NCBI RefSeq assembly: GCF_022539665.2
Contig: NC_081331.1
Coordinates: 12,276,001 to 12,340,000 of the forward strand
Source of the DNA: Daphnia carinata
Taxonomy: Eukaryota
Direction of reading: 5' to 3'
Length of the DNA: 64,000 bases
The position numbers were made by a program, and so were the translations under genes. Each line of letters starts with the position of its first letter. The stretch's first letter is position 1. Shown piece after piece: positions 26,757 to 40,377 of this stretch. The notes beneath the pieces were generated by a model that saw only the letters and a list, made by a program, of their open reading frames with translations, searched no databases and was not told where the DNA came from.

Positions 26757-27272
26757 TTACATACCATTCGTTTCATGGTCGCCGGTCAGTTGATCCAACC
26801 TTTTGAGAATCCCGTTAATACTTTCTTCGATGTTTTTCCCCCACTGCTTCGGTGTTTCTTTACTCTGTTCGAGCTTTTTATGTAGGGCAATTGGTACCAC
26901 ATGATGAGGAGGCTTTGGATGTAACTGATGCTGACGCGGAGTACGATGCTGTACGGGCTGATGATGGATCGTCATCTCGTAAAGATCGGTGGGATTGCTA
27001 TGCGTACTGCTGTTGTCTTCCAACATTAGTCGTTCAAGATGACACGTTTGATTATCTTGATTCAACGACTCTTCCACAGGCTGCTGGTGGTCTTCCAATT
27101 CGTGTAACGTAGCACCGCCCTTTTTTATATGTGCAGGACCACCTCCACTTGAATCGTAGCCATTCTCTTTCATGGATTTCATAGCTTCCGATGACCGGTT
27201 GAGTTTGCTTGTCCGATTGCGGATATTTGTGCTGCTGACTTCCTCCGCTTTGATATCACTTATTCCCACCAT
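26757..27272 (-). CDS. Low-complexity hydrophilic ORF/exon of unknown function, possibly the upstream coding exon of the endonuclease gene
   Basis: 171-codon ORF begins exactly after a CAG acceptor (candidate 78-nt intron 27350-27273) and has a phase-1 GTATGT donor at 26764 just before its stop. Confidence 0.5.
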   Translation of the reverse strand: MVGISDIKAEEVSSTNIRNRTSKLNRSSEAMKSMKENGYDSSGGGPAHIKKGGATLHELEDHQQPVEESLNQDNQTCHLERLMLEDNSSTHSNPTDLYEMTIHHQPVQHRTPRQHQLHPKPPHHVVPIALHKKLEQSKETPKQWGKNIEESINGILKRLDQLTGDHETNGM

Positions 27273-29057
27273 CTGTAGTACTTACACTTAGATAAACAAA
27301 AATATGTGTTATGATAGAAAGCCTTTATGCGAACGAAAATTCAAACTTACCTACCATATGGTAGTCCGCAGGGAAGAACAAAGAGCAACGCACATGCACA
27401 ACACTTTGTGTTTGTTGGTAAGCAAACTACTGACTGTGGTTCGGAAAGTTATGGAACTGCACTTATATATCCACATTTCACGATGATGGCACGAGCATGG
27501 CACGAGCTGAAAGAGTTGAATGATGACGTAACCGGGATAGCCTATTCCGGGGAGGGCTGGACGAACGGGCGGACTGCACCGCCCTTTATGCTTTGCTTAT
27601 TCTTGACATAGGGGCATCACTTTCTTATTTTTGTTGTTGTTACATCTTTAATCGTGACGGGATCACGAACAAAGACCGATACACGCATCCATTTCAAACT
27701 TTCAGGACAGTAAGTCTTTCGCCTCTTGAAACCGTTCGCTTGTGCGTCGTAAAATTTTTTTCTTTTCGTTCCAGACGACCAAGTTGAAGACCGCAAGTCG
27801 ACGTAACGTGAAATAGGAGGAAAATCAATTGTCATATATGACGGAGTAATTATCGTACCTAAAGGAAAACAAGTTCGAAAAGTGATCGTGCCTTCATACT
27901 TAAATTGCAATGGGATGACTTATTACCATTTTTCTTTGCTCTATTCGCCTCATCCATTGCTCAATCTAAATTGCTTTTGTTCGTCATTCCGTTTGTTCAT
28001 AAAGTACAACTAGAGGAAGCAACGCAACGATTCCATAAGCTATACACTTTTCCGTCTGGGTCGTGTATCCAATCCCGCGTGACTCGTTGTGGCTCTTAGC
28101 ATGTGAAACTTTTGTAGGTGATCGAGCACTACCATTCCCCAGAAGAAAAAAGGGAGAAATTGGTCAAACAAAAGGAAACGAGGGCGAATGGCGTTCCTTT
28201 CTCGTAATCTATATTTCAAAGGAAAAAAAAAGTATAAGAAAACGCAAAGTATAAAAGACAATAAAGAATTGCAGCCATTGGCGTTAACCCATAAATTTAC
28301 CTGCCCAAGTCGGCGAATAGAAGAAAGTGTTGCACGATATATCATCCACTTCCTAGGCCAATCGTTTTTCTCCACAAACCTAAGAAAAAAAAGGGGGAAT
28401 CTAAGCCTACGGGAAATTTTCAAAAGAAAGGCATGAATCAATCAAAAGTTAACCCAAAAGAAAAGTAGAGGCAGCCCCGAAAACCCTCATTTGCCTTATG
28501 GTATTTGTTAGATGGCGAGAACTGCGCTAAGTGTATTTACAAAACATCTAAGATGATTTTCTTCTGTCAGCAGTTTTCGAATAAAGCAGTCAAATTTTCA
28601 ATGTAAATACTGCATGGTTAGGTGAAAAGAAAATTTGATTTTTCCTACAGTTAGATTGTGCAAGCGGGCATAGATTTCACAACACACTGCCATCGTTATC
28701 TTTTGAATTGTCTTTTAACGGCTACGCCGTCGACTAAATTTTAAAAAAAGAAACAGAACTTGGACGACAAAGGATATAGTGAGGGAATTTTCCCTATGTG
28801 ATTCACCGAAGGAAGTCACGACAGGACATGGACGTTGAAGAATGATACATCGAGGATAGAAAACTTATTTTTTAAAAAGAATACTATTGTGTCTTGTAGG
28901 AAACTGGTAAAAAAATATGGTCAAAAGAATTGGTAAGATAAATTAGTACGTAACCGGGAATTGGGCGGCAAGGGTCCGTTACATGGCGTGTCACGCAGTC
29001 ACTTTGGGTTCCAAATTTTCTTTCTACTGAGCCCGAAGGAGGAAATGGCGTTTTCCC

Positions 29058-32000
29058 CTAAATGGACGATTCCCGGAAGGGATAACTGGCTACCATTTCT
29101 CGGGTCAAGGCTTCCGACCCTGCAACATTAACAGGATTGGGTGGTTGTATCCTGGCCTCGTACGCAACACAGGTGGCGTGATCGAGTTTGCCCGGGATCA
29201 AGGCAAGGCGTTCGCAGATTTTACGTCGTCGTATTTTTTGCTCCTCTGCATCCAGCGGTTGTCCATCTTGATCAACGTAGAGTTCGAGATCCTCCAACAG
29301 CCGTCTCTTGGCTGTTGTTAGGCGAGTGGCGAAATCGACTAGATCTTCACATAGTGATTGTGCTTTCATATGGTTTCCGTTGTCGTTCGTCGGCATCATA
29401 CCGTTACGCAGTATGTCCTCCATACGCAGCAATGTGAGTTCATGTCTTTGGAATGCTTCAACCGTCGGTAAATCTGTTTACAGGAAATCAACTGGTTTAT
29501 TAAGAAAACCAAAGAGGAAAAAGCAGTAATACTTCTGTTAGGCGGTTTGGTGGTTTGCTTGGCACCATTGGGTAACGGAACAATCTTATCCGGCTTCCTG
29601 GCCACAACAAATTTGCCTACAACAGGATCAAAATTGTCCGAGACACCGTCAGATGTCAGGAAAACGATGTCTCCTTCTTCGATCACCGTCATCGAACACG
29701 TCAAATTATTCAGCTCCGGATTTTGTCCATCTACTGGTCCCAATGCACCCAAAGCATCCCTCATGTCTCGCATCGATTGAATATCATGAGATCCTTCAAA
29801 AATAAATAAAATGTGTAGTAACATGTAAATGGAATTATGGGCATTTAATTACCATGCGTTATTTCTCTGACACCATGTTTCGGACTGTAAACGTAGGCCA
29901 GCGAATCGCCGACGTTACAGACGCAGACGACGAATTTCGCACTGTTGCTGTTATCCGAGCCTGTGTATAGAGCATTCTGCAAACTCGATTGGTCCAGTTG
30001 AGCTACTACGGCTGCTGTCAGCGTTGTTAATAGTCCACCTTCCTGCAAGATCATACTGTGTGCTGCGTGAAAGGAGCGCAGCAATGATAGGAAGACATCC
30101 TGCAGCAAAATCGGTGGGCTTTAAAGCATGAGTATAATTATAAAAACATCGTTTGAATTTCTAGACTCACGTTGGTAGTTAACTGACGGCCATTGGTAGT
30201 GGAAGGAAAAAGGGCTCGATTCAGATAATCCATAGCACCGTGGATGGCACTGCGAGCTGCCAACGCAGCTCTTTCCCCCCAATTGACTCCATCAGCCAGA
30301 CATAGTAGGGCGTTGTTGGAGCGTGTCACGATGGCAAATGCCTAGAAAAGAAAAAGTATATGAAGTGTAGGCGAAAGGTAATTTAGAAAAGTGATCTGGC
30401 TTACATCAGCCAAAGGATTGCCGGCTGTCTCTCCCGAGACGGGATGCCGTTCGTAGAGCGACGTGGCAGCTCCAAATGCTATACCACTTGGTCTATTCCA
30501 ATTAACAACGCCTGCAATCTCGATTTCAGGCTCTGGCGGTTCCGCGGCTGGTGCAGGTTCCTTAGTCGGTAATTCTTTATGGTCGGCAAGATGTTCATCA
30601 CACACTTCTGGCTGGATAGAAGCGTCCACTGGATTACAAATAACAAATTATTGATTGAATAGTTCCATTTGATTATTGTCTTTTATAAGAAATGAAGACA
30701 ACCATTAAGCCAACTATGAGTTTTTTTTTGTCATAAATAATCGAATGTCCGTTACAGTCACCAGTTGAGCGCCGACGCCCCAAATGGTATGTTGTCCTTT
30801 TATCCTTCCGGTTATTTTACCCTCAGTTCCCCGATACAGTACCATGCAAGTGGTTGCATTCATTGCATGTCCCATCGTCACACGAACGGCGGGACAGTGA
30901 ACGGAAATCAGAGACAGATCGATCAGGAAAGAAAAGAAAATACAGGAAGGAAAGCAGCCGTTAGCAAAACGGACACCGTTAGGAAGCCATGCAAGCCATG
31001 TGGCGTTTAAAACTACGCAACAATTGCGAGTCGTGCAACGCGTATCACACTAACATGATTTCAAACTGGGAAGCGACGTCGCAGGATTGAATTGCATTCG
31101 GGTAAATGTGTCAAAACCATGAAAAGCGGCCCATAAAACCGCATCTTATACGGCGAACCGTCGTTATCTTTTTAAGCACCTGTACTTTGCATTGTGTTCA
31201 GTCAGTTTTGCTTCTACTGCGCATATGTCGTACGCAAAGAAAAATACAACGAAAACCATAAAATATCATGTCGGTAGTAAAAAAAAAAAAACAAAAAAAA
31301 ATATAATAACGGTGCGTCGTTCAGTCGCGATATATCACAATCTTTAATGGGTGGGTAAAAGAGGTCGGGTCGTGGGTGGTGTGATAAGGAACGAGGTTGG
31401 AACACTTACCACCGATGGACGGCGGCACATCCGGCGTAAGAAGGGGATCAAGTTGATCGAGAAGGGGACTCAAAGAGCCAGAGACGAGTGTGTCGTCTGG
31501 TGAATCGATCTGAACCACCGACTGACGATCAAGCGATGGATGAAGCGGAAGGCTCAATATGCCAAATTTAGACAGGAAGTCTTGATAATCATCCGAATGG
31601 TCGGCGCAGGTGGATGTGCTGGTGATTATGGGGGGCGAGGTAGAAGAAGAGGTAGGAGTGGATACTGGTGGGGAGGGATCTTCACAAACGGTAGATAATT
31701 CATCATCGTCGTCATCTGATAACCGACAATGGTCGGTGTTGTGCCAGTCACTAGACGTTGCCATCGCAACGTTAGCTGATGACGTGGAAAGTGGAAGAGG
31801 GGGAATAGGTTGTCTCGGTGGTTGGGGTGGTGTTGGTGGCAGGTGATTCCTCACCACGAAGGTCTGACCCATGGCACGAATAGTCACCAATTCACCACTT
31901 CGGGCTCGCCCAGCTAACAACACAATGCGGCACAATTTCGATTTTCGAACAAAACTCCCATTATAATGCTATTTAACTTACCATTGTTTGAGGTAGATTC

Positions 32001-32565
32001 AGAACTAATTGTCGTGGGAGGTGGTGCTGCATCCTCTTCGCTGTCTATATATGAAACGTCAGGATCTTGACTCGTAACATGACCTCGTCGTCCTCGATTG
32101 ACGGTTGTGAGTCCTCCATCTGGACCAGTGTGTGTTGCTATTATCTCACTTTGGAGTGAACACAAGCGTAAACAAGGAAGTTCTTGACCTGTACGTCCAA
32201 ACAAGATGTCAGGTTGCTTCAAACGGCTTTCTCTGCAATAAGAAATACAAGGTTAAAATTGCTGTTACAAACTTAAGCACTATTCACTGTCACAAAATAC
32301 AAAAATATAATTGTATCTTAATTATTCAGATGTGTTTTTTAAAATAAACTACTAATGAGCATTCACAGAGTAAAGGAGAAGAAATAAACACTAAAATCTT
32401 CTTTAAAAAGCCATACCCATTGAGGTAGCGCTGTATAAAGCAGCCAGAATTGCTGTCAGAAGTATGAAGAGGTTTCATTTGATTGGCATTTTCCAAGCAT
32501 TCTCCACCTCCAGGATTGGAGATTTGACGAAAAAATCCAGCAAATTTTTGTTTAATGGACGGCAT
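29058..32565 (-). CDS. PP2C-like domain-containing protein (Drosophila CG9801 type), multi-exon
   Basis: [16 protein letters not shown] start; [74 protein letters not shown]. Confidence 0.9.
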
Positions 32566-33310
32566 CTTTTATGTTCTTTTGTTGATTTTAGTGTCAGGAT
32601 GAATGAAAGCAATCATCGATTCGATTCCAGCCAGCCGTGAAAACTTTAGACGAACGTTGAAAACTACCACTTTCATTTGAATTCTACGATATAAAGAGAA
32701 ACTTATCGGTCAAGTAAAGGAGTGGCCCAAAACCATTCCACTTTAAGGCAAAAAAGGAGCACAGTCAATATCATGATATCTGAAATAAACAACCCAATAC
32801 TGTTTACAATAAAGCACTGTTCTTTTTCACATGCACCTCCAGCAGCTACAGCTGGTTTGTTTGCCACCAAGAATACCGATGAATTGCACCGAAGTTGTGA
32901 CTGTTTCGTCCGTTTTCTAGCTTATGGGTTGGTTGCTGCGGTTACGTTGTATTTTCACGAGCTTTCTTTTTTTAATTTTCTCCCGTTCAAGTTCTCTTGG
33001 AATTTGTTTTTGGGACTTTCACGTTCAAGCTGCCATCTCTAAATTAAGAACTGAAACTTACTGTACAACACTGTTGCTGGTCTGCTAGATGGCGAGATGA
33101 AAACGGCAGGATAGGGATAGGGAACAAACCAGTTTGGACTTGTCAACCTGCCAATGGTGAACGTATGTAATATCATATGATCAACACAATTTGTACTAGA
33201 TCAGATCTACAACATTGTAGTACAAATCAACACCCATTCTGTTCCCGCACGGTTGATCAGCGTCATTTGCTTTATTGGGTGCAAACCAAGAAAAAATAAA
33301 ACCAAACAGC

Positions 33311-35212
33311 ATGTCGACTTCAGAAGATTTTGACGAAATTCCCGCAGAACGCCCTGATAAAATAGTAAGATTTGTACTTGTTAACCAAAAGCCAATTAAT
33401 TAATTGCCCAATATTGTAACTATAGAAAAATTCTAATACAATTGAAGCATTGACAGAGATTGAGAACACAACTGGAGATTCAATGAAAGGCTCCTTTAAT
33501 GAAAATGATCTTCGAGATTTACAGGTTTTGTTAGACCAGCCACAAAAGCACGTTACTCCTTTTGAAACATACATTAGGTAAGTGAAAATCAATACAAAGC
33601 TGTATCAAGAAATGGACAAATAATGTATAAAACAATTATATTTTTATTTAGTTACCAAGTCTCCACAAAAGTAAGCATTAGAAGTAAAGCAATTTTGGCC
33701 TATATTGTATTAATTGTCTGTTTGTGTATCAGACCCGGCGAATTGAATTTGAAAAGCAAAACTATGTAGTTCGTCGTCGTTATTCAGACTTTGAATGGCT
33801 GAAGAACCAGCTTTCAGTGTGTTACCCAACACTTATAATTCCTCCACTTCCAGAAAAACATTCGTTGTTTGAGCAAATCGACAGATACGATCGCGATTTC
33901 ATTACCTCAAGAATGCAGCTGCTTCACAGATTCCTAAATCGTCTTGCTGATCATCCCGTTTTGAGCTGTGATAAAAAGTACCAAGCATTTCTAATTGATA
34001 CTCCGGCGGTAATTCTGTTTAAAATAGAATTGAAAACCAATAATTAATATGCTCATATGTTACAGGAGTTTTCTACATTCAAGAAGTCATTTACTGGCTT
34101 TGGGATTTTTGGTAAAGTGAGTGAATCCCTGCAAAATATGGCATCATCTTACATTTCGAAGAGTAGAACCGTCGAATTTGAAAAGATGAGTGAATATGTT
34201 GACAAATTGTCAGAGAAGATGCACACTATGGAGAAAATCGGCCAGAGAATCCAAAAAGAACGTATAGGTATTATAGCGTTTAATTTACTTCTCGACCAGA
34301 ATTCACCGTGTATATATTTTGCCAATTTGAAAAGCCTATTTGCAGGATTTACAAATGATGCAACCTATTCTTAACCACTGGCGAGCTTATGAACCTAATT
34401 TGTCCGAAGGATTGCAGGCTATTGGGGAAGCTGCCAACACCTGTGCTGAATCACAGCGCAAATTAATTGACAGTCAGAAGCCAAAGCTCTCCGTGGTAAA
34501 CGGGATTTTTCATATTTTTCGGCATTCAAATTCATTTTCATTATGCTTAAGCCGTTGCACGAGTATGGACTGTACATTGAATCCGCCAAGGATGCTCTAC
34601 GAAATCGAGATAACGCCCAAATGGATTATGAAGTTCACATGGAACAACTTTGTCGCGTGAAAGCAGAGCAAACTCAAGTAAGCCAAGCGTCTATCAAAAG
34701 AGTACTGGGAATTTTGCGGACGTACTTCAATTGCTAAATATTTTAAGCTTGAAACAGCACCGCTCAGCGACCACCCGGTTATGTTTGGTATGAATATGTG
34801 GAAAAGTCCGGAGCAAGTTCAGCAGCAGCGAATGCAGCAACTTGAGGCCGGGGCAAGTACCCTAGCTCAGCAAGTAGAGGTAGCTAAATTTTGGTATCGG
34901 CTTAATTGTTACTACATATTTATGTGGACTATTCATTTTGTAATCTAGGTTAGTCGCGATAAGATGGAATGTGCCAACGAAAACTTGCGTGCAGATTTCG
35001 ATCGATGGAATCAAATTAAATCGCGTGACCTGAAAAATATCTTGCAGGAAATGGCCGATTTGCACATCAGGATGTATGAGCAGGTTTGTTTTGACTAATG
35101 AAACTGTTGACTTGTAAATTTATAGGATTCGTTTTCTTTTCCTTTTTAGTCACTAACAGCTTGGTCCGCTGCTTTGCCTAAAGTAAAGAACGAATCTCAA
35201 CCCCAGGTATAA
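33311..35212 (+). CDS. PX-BAR sorting nexin, SNX7/SNX30 group, multi-exon, including a 19-nt micro-exon (33652-33670)
   Basis: PQKHVTPFETYISYQVSTK, VRRRYSDFEWL...PTLIIPPLPEKH (PX domain); BAR helices ending ECANENLRADFDRW. Confidence 0.9.
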
Positions 35213-35309
35213 TTGTCTGCCTTAATCGTTTGTTTTCTTTCTGTCGTGTCCTATCACAAGTTTTTTGTAATGAGAAATATTATATAGAGTCGAATATTAT
35301 AACAATTGT

Positions 35310-38136
35310 TTAATATTTCTTGTCGTACAACACAATGGCGAATGTCCGAGATGGGTCATAGATTACATTAAATGATCGCCCTAAGATAAGGGGATAAAAA
35401 TTTTAATTTCGGTAAAAAGTACATTTTAAAAATGTAATAAAAATCCCACCTGTGAGTTCGGGGATGTTTGTTAGGGTGTAAACTGGTTTTGCTGGGGTCA
35501 TCAATTCTTTGCGTAAGCGTCGGCCAATATCTTTTGCTGGATGCCAACCGGATCGACTAACAAAATACAGCTACATTATTTTTATTTATCAACGTCAAGT
35601 TTAGCTATGGATAACCTGGTAGAAACTGCTTGATTTTGGGAAGTAATGGTTGCTATCTCTACAGGTAAATCGTAATCGATGATTCGGTGTTGTCCGGTTT
35701 CTGTATTCCAGGCGAAGAAAACGCTGGCTTGACACAGACTTCGTTGCATTTTCCTGTACAAACCAGCAGGTTTACTGTAACTAGCTTTCGCTTTGGAAAA
35801 CGAAAACAAAACGTAGGCAACTAACTGATTGGTCTGAGGTACATCGGCTTCAACGAGCATGTAAGCTGCTGCAACAACGTCATTTGTTTCCAGACACAGA
35901 TCAATAATCTCAACGTTGAAATCGCTGCAAAACCAGTATTTTTTTTGGGCTTGAGTACATAATCGCTGGGCCATTTCATGACAAAACTGTTCCGTGTCAA
36001 TGCTCATCTGCTTAACACAAACGTGCGGAAGCTTCTGTTCTCAGAATTCCAAATCAACCAATAGTTCATTTTAAAAAATTAATTTATAAAATGTAGCATA
36101 CCAGTCGAAAGGCTTTGGCGTTCGAAACCATGGCCATCTGATTGTAGCCAGCTCCATGAACTTCCAACGGTAGTGCGTTATGATAACCTGTGCTGCTACT
36201 CAGGTCATCATCTAAAGTGTGGCAAACATAATTGAGTAGATGGAAATATTAATTGACAAAGTAATTAAACTAACCTTCAATGTCCGTAATAACACTGACT
36301 AGCTCATCATCTACTTCAAAGTACCTTCGCTGAAATTGAGCGACGCAAGTTGGTGGCTCTGCCAGCTTTGAAGGTTCTCTTTGGAGTTCTATTGGAGGTC
36401 GGGTATCCTCAACTAGTTCTCCTAGTCGGTCCCAATCGGGGGACCGGATAGGGGTGGGGATGTTGGAATTGAACGGTCGCAATACATCATTCGTACCGAC
36501 GGTACAGCTAAAATTCCATTCCCAATCATCATTGACATCTTTGGAACCCGAAACAACTACAAAGGATTGATGCTGCTGCAGCTGTTGCTGTAACTGGTGT
36601 TCGAGATCACGTCTTTTCCGCATTACTTTCAGGGGGATGTTCTCCGTATTTTCATCCGTAAATTCGTACTTTTTGTCGGCCAAACGACGTTTTCGAAACG
36701 CGGAGATCGTTTCACGTGGGAGTTCCGAAGTATCTTCCATGAAATCATACTCTGATTCTTGGTTGGTGCTGTTTGCATGAGGAATAGGGCTTCCGATAGA
36801 TTTTCGTTGACTGCTTGATGAGGTAAAATTCGGCGACATGTTTGGAGTATTGGAAGTCACAGAGGAAGTAGACCGAACGTTGGAAAAAGAGTATGAGCGC
36901 TCGGAGTCCTCTTCCCATTCACGCTGAACAGCTGGTAGTTGCTGTTGATGTCCATCGTCCAGCGAAGCAGGCTGAGACAAGAGAAAATCTTGATCACCGC
37001 TAGACCCATTCGGTGGAAATTCCACTTGAAAAGACAGGACATGTAAGAAGTTGGCGGTGTTGATCACGATCGTGCCGTCGCAGCGTAAAGAAACAGAGGC
37101 GATAAAGGATGGGTAAGGCGGTACGGTTGAATAATTGCTATGGATGGTGTAGCCATGTCTGAGGCAACTAAAGCGAACGCAACTATCCCAGCTTGCAGCC
37201 AAATCTTCGTCTCCAAATGACTGAGCTATCCGGTGGCAATCAGGACAATTCACAGATGGCACTGACGTGACGGTTAAATAACACTCTCTACTTTCACCCT
37301 CGGATTGGATGCTAATGAATAAGGAGAATAAGCCATCCCATTAAAACAGTGAAATTGCAGAAGAATATCACCTGCTTCCATGGACTAGTATACGTGTAGA
37401 GTCACCTGGCCAATAGCACAACACAATTTGCAAAGCCAGATTAACTCCTTGGTCACTAAATAAAGTGACTTCTGCCACCTTGTTGGCTTGCTTGTAAGGC
37501 ACAAAACTCCACCAATGCAGCTTATATCTGTTTTTGAAAATAAACATTATGATGAAACCAGAAGCATTACAGAGTTTTCTAGAAGATGCACACTTACTTG
37601 TGGACCATAGTCAGCAAATTTACTTCCAGCTCAACTGAATGGGTATATGTCAATAAGAATTGGGCACATTTTGAAAATCCAAGAAGAATATGTCTACAAT
37701 CAGAAAATGGCCTGAAATAGTCACTGTCATTTTACAAATTTGGACAAGTTGTCAAAAGCTTACCCTGCTTCCAAGGCTGACAATGGAATTACTTTGTCTA
37801 GTTGAAATATTAGCCGTTCATTCAATCGCCCAAACAATGGAGCTTTGCCTTGTCTATGGCTGTAATTTTCCCACTTCCCCGTTAACTACAAAAAAAAAAA
37901 GAAAGTAAAAATTAGCACTTTATTGCAACATTATACAAAACAAAAATTGGAAACAAACAAAGAAACATTTGTTGGTTAAACATATTATAAAAGTAAAGCT
38001 GTAAAGAAAAATATCTTTATCAGGCTTGTGAGTACAGACTGCATAGAAAAAAATTGTTATGACAAATAAATACTTGTTTTTGGTGAAGTTTATTCAGCAG
38101 GTTCTCAGTAGCTGTTCTCCTTGGCAAATTTGACAT
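35310..38136 (-). CDS. DCAF15: DDB1- and CUL4-associated factor 15, multi-exon
   Basis: FLGFSKCAQFLLTY, YKLHWWSF, CPDC...CLRHGYTIH zinc site, Ser/acidic disordered insert, and a C-terminal DFNVEII...FAWNTETG region. Confidence 0.85.
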
Positions 38137-38810
38137 TGTTTATTGGAAAATTTTGTGACTTTGGACAACCACACCACAGGTCAAAGGCCACTATAGAATT
38201 TACGTTAATTTGGCTTTTATGGAAAACCGTTGCAAAGTGGGCAGTAAAAAATCACCGACATTTTAATAATCAAAAATAGCCGACGTGGTAATAATCCAGT
38301 TTTTTGCTTGGACATACACAAGATATGACAGTTGGGAGAACGAAAACTTATAAAACCCTTTTCCGACACTAGCGCTTTAGCAGCTACAGTAGAGAACTAA
38401 CTATCCTTTACCATCGAATTTTCAATGTTCCCATCCCCATTTAGCATTTATGATGGTTTAATAAAACTACTGGGGCCAACTACTAGGGTGCGCATGTTGC
38501 AGCGACAAAGAGGCTAACCTACCTGCCATTATACTATATTTCTTTAATCTCGCACCAAAAAGAGCGAGGAACAAAATCAGCAACCTTTGTTTATGTTCAG
38601 ACCTTGGGAAATTGAAGGCCACGTTAGCTTTCGGTTTCACTGGTTGCCGAAACCGATTGGAGATTTGCTTGATGAGCTTCATAGCTTTCTCGCTAGAGCG
38701 ATTCGTAAAAACACGTGTTTACTGAAAAGCTTCTGCTTCTCAATTGCCGTCAACTCGTGGTCTTCTGTGCAAGAGACAAGAAAAGCAATCTTCCAGAATA
38801 GTATCTCAAA

Positions 38811-40048
38811 ATGAAGAAAAAACTCCCCGTGAAAACGTTTGAATCAGAGAGTGAAGAAACTGACATTGATTCGGATGAAGAGGTATTCAACAATAACTTT
38901 TATTCCGTTACATTTTAGTAAACATTTTTGTGTTACGCTCAGCTTCTTGAAGCCTTTGAAAGTGGCGAAGTGAAACCTGGATTGAACCAAAAAGCGCCGG
39001 CTCCAAGACAATACACCAACAATTCTGTAAATTCATAGTGCATTGGCATTAAATATTTGTTGGTGAATTAATCAGCTTTCTGCTTTTTTCAGAAATTGCT
39101 GAATGCAAAACTCAATGATATGGTTCTGAAGCTTGACTGGATAGAACGTCTTGATTTAACAACTAAGTTGGACCCCATTGTTGATGGTATTCTTAACAGC
39201 AAGGAGGAAACACAACCAACATACAAGATTGAAACTCCTGGAGATCGCATTGTAGATGATCTTCAAAGAGAAACATTGTTCTACCGTCAAGCACAGAGTG
39301 CTATTATAGAAGGGCTTGCAAGGCTGAAAACACTAGGCATCCCCACCAGAAGACCAGAAGACTACTTTGCTCAAATGGCAAAGTCAGATGATCACATGTT
39401 GAAGGTTCTTTGCTTACAACCTTTCTTCTGTGTAGTGTAAACTAATGTAAAATGTTTATCAGGTCAAAAGACGAATCCTTACTCAGCAAGTGGCTCAAGA
39501 AAAATGCCAGAAAGTTAAAAAACTCAGAGAACTTAAGAAATATGGTAAAAAGGTCCAAGTTGAAGTTGGTCTGCAGCGCGCCAAGGAGAAGAGAGAGTTG
39601 CTTTCTAAAGTCAAGCAGTACCGTGAAGGCAAGTTGGCGTCGCTTGACTTTCTTGATGATGACGGTGGCAAAAAGAAAAATATGGTTGAAATCACCAAAC
39701 AGAAGACAAAAGAAAAGAATGAATTCAAACAAGTCTTGTAATGCAAATCTGTATTCCATCAATTTCCATTGAACCTTTTTTACCTATGTTTTATTTGTAC
39801 CTAGTCAACCAATGAGCAAAGGCCTAACCAAGGGAAAAGGCAAAGGAAAGAGCCCAGGCAAAGGTAAAAGCCAAGATAAGCGCAAATCAAAAGAAAACAA
39901 ATTTGGTTTTGGAGGAAAAAAGAGTGGTACTAAGAAGAACAACATGAAAAAGGACTCCGGCAATGACAGGAACAGCAAAGGTGGACAAAGAGGTCCCAAG
40001 AACCGACAGGGAGGCAAGAAAATGAAAGGCGGTGGACGAAAACGTTAA
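38811..40048 (+). CDS. EBNA1BP2: rRNA-processing protein EBP2
   Basis: LDWIERLD, DDLQRETLFYRQAQ, LGIPTRRPEDYFAQMAKSDDHM, LRELKKYGKKVQ, KFGFGGKK. Confidence 0.95.
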
Positions 40049-40377
40049 AATGGTTTGAATAATTGAATTAAACGATGTGACAATAACGTTTTACCGCGTG
40101 TATTTGATTCGTATTTACACATATATGGCCAATTTCGTTCAATGTACAGGTATACTCTTTCAAAGATAAAACGGATCAACTTAAGGGGGTAACAGTTTGC
40201 CCGTTGCGTACTACCCTTACCCTAATGGGAACGATTCCTTTTAAACCATTAGAAACAAAATATGACGCAATATCTAAAGAACTCAATAAAGATAGATGGG
40301 AAATGTGTGGCGCAATAAGTGCTGCGAAGTAGCACATTCCCCACCATAATTGTATGCGTGGCAGCATATGGGCTTCT

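Noticed and set aside
33189..33227. 10-bp inverted repeat (atttgtacta / tagtacaaat)
   Set aside because: Too short and AT-rich to support a MITE or structured RNA.
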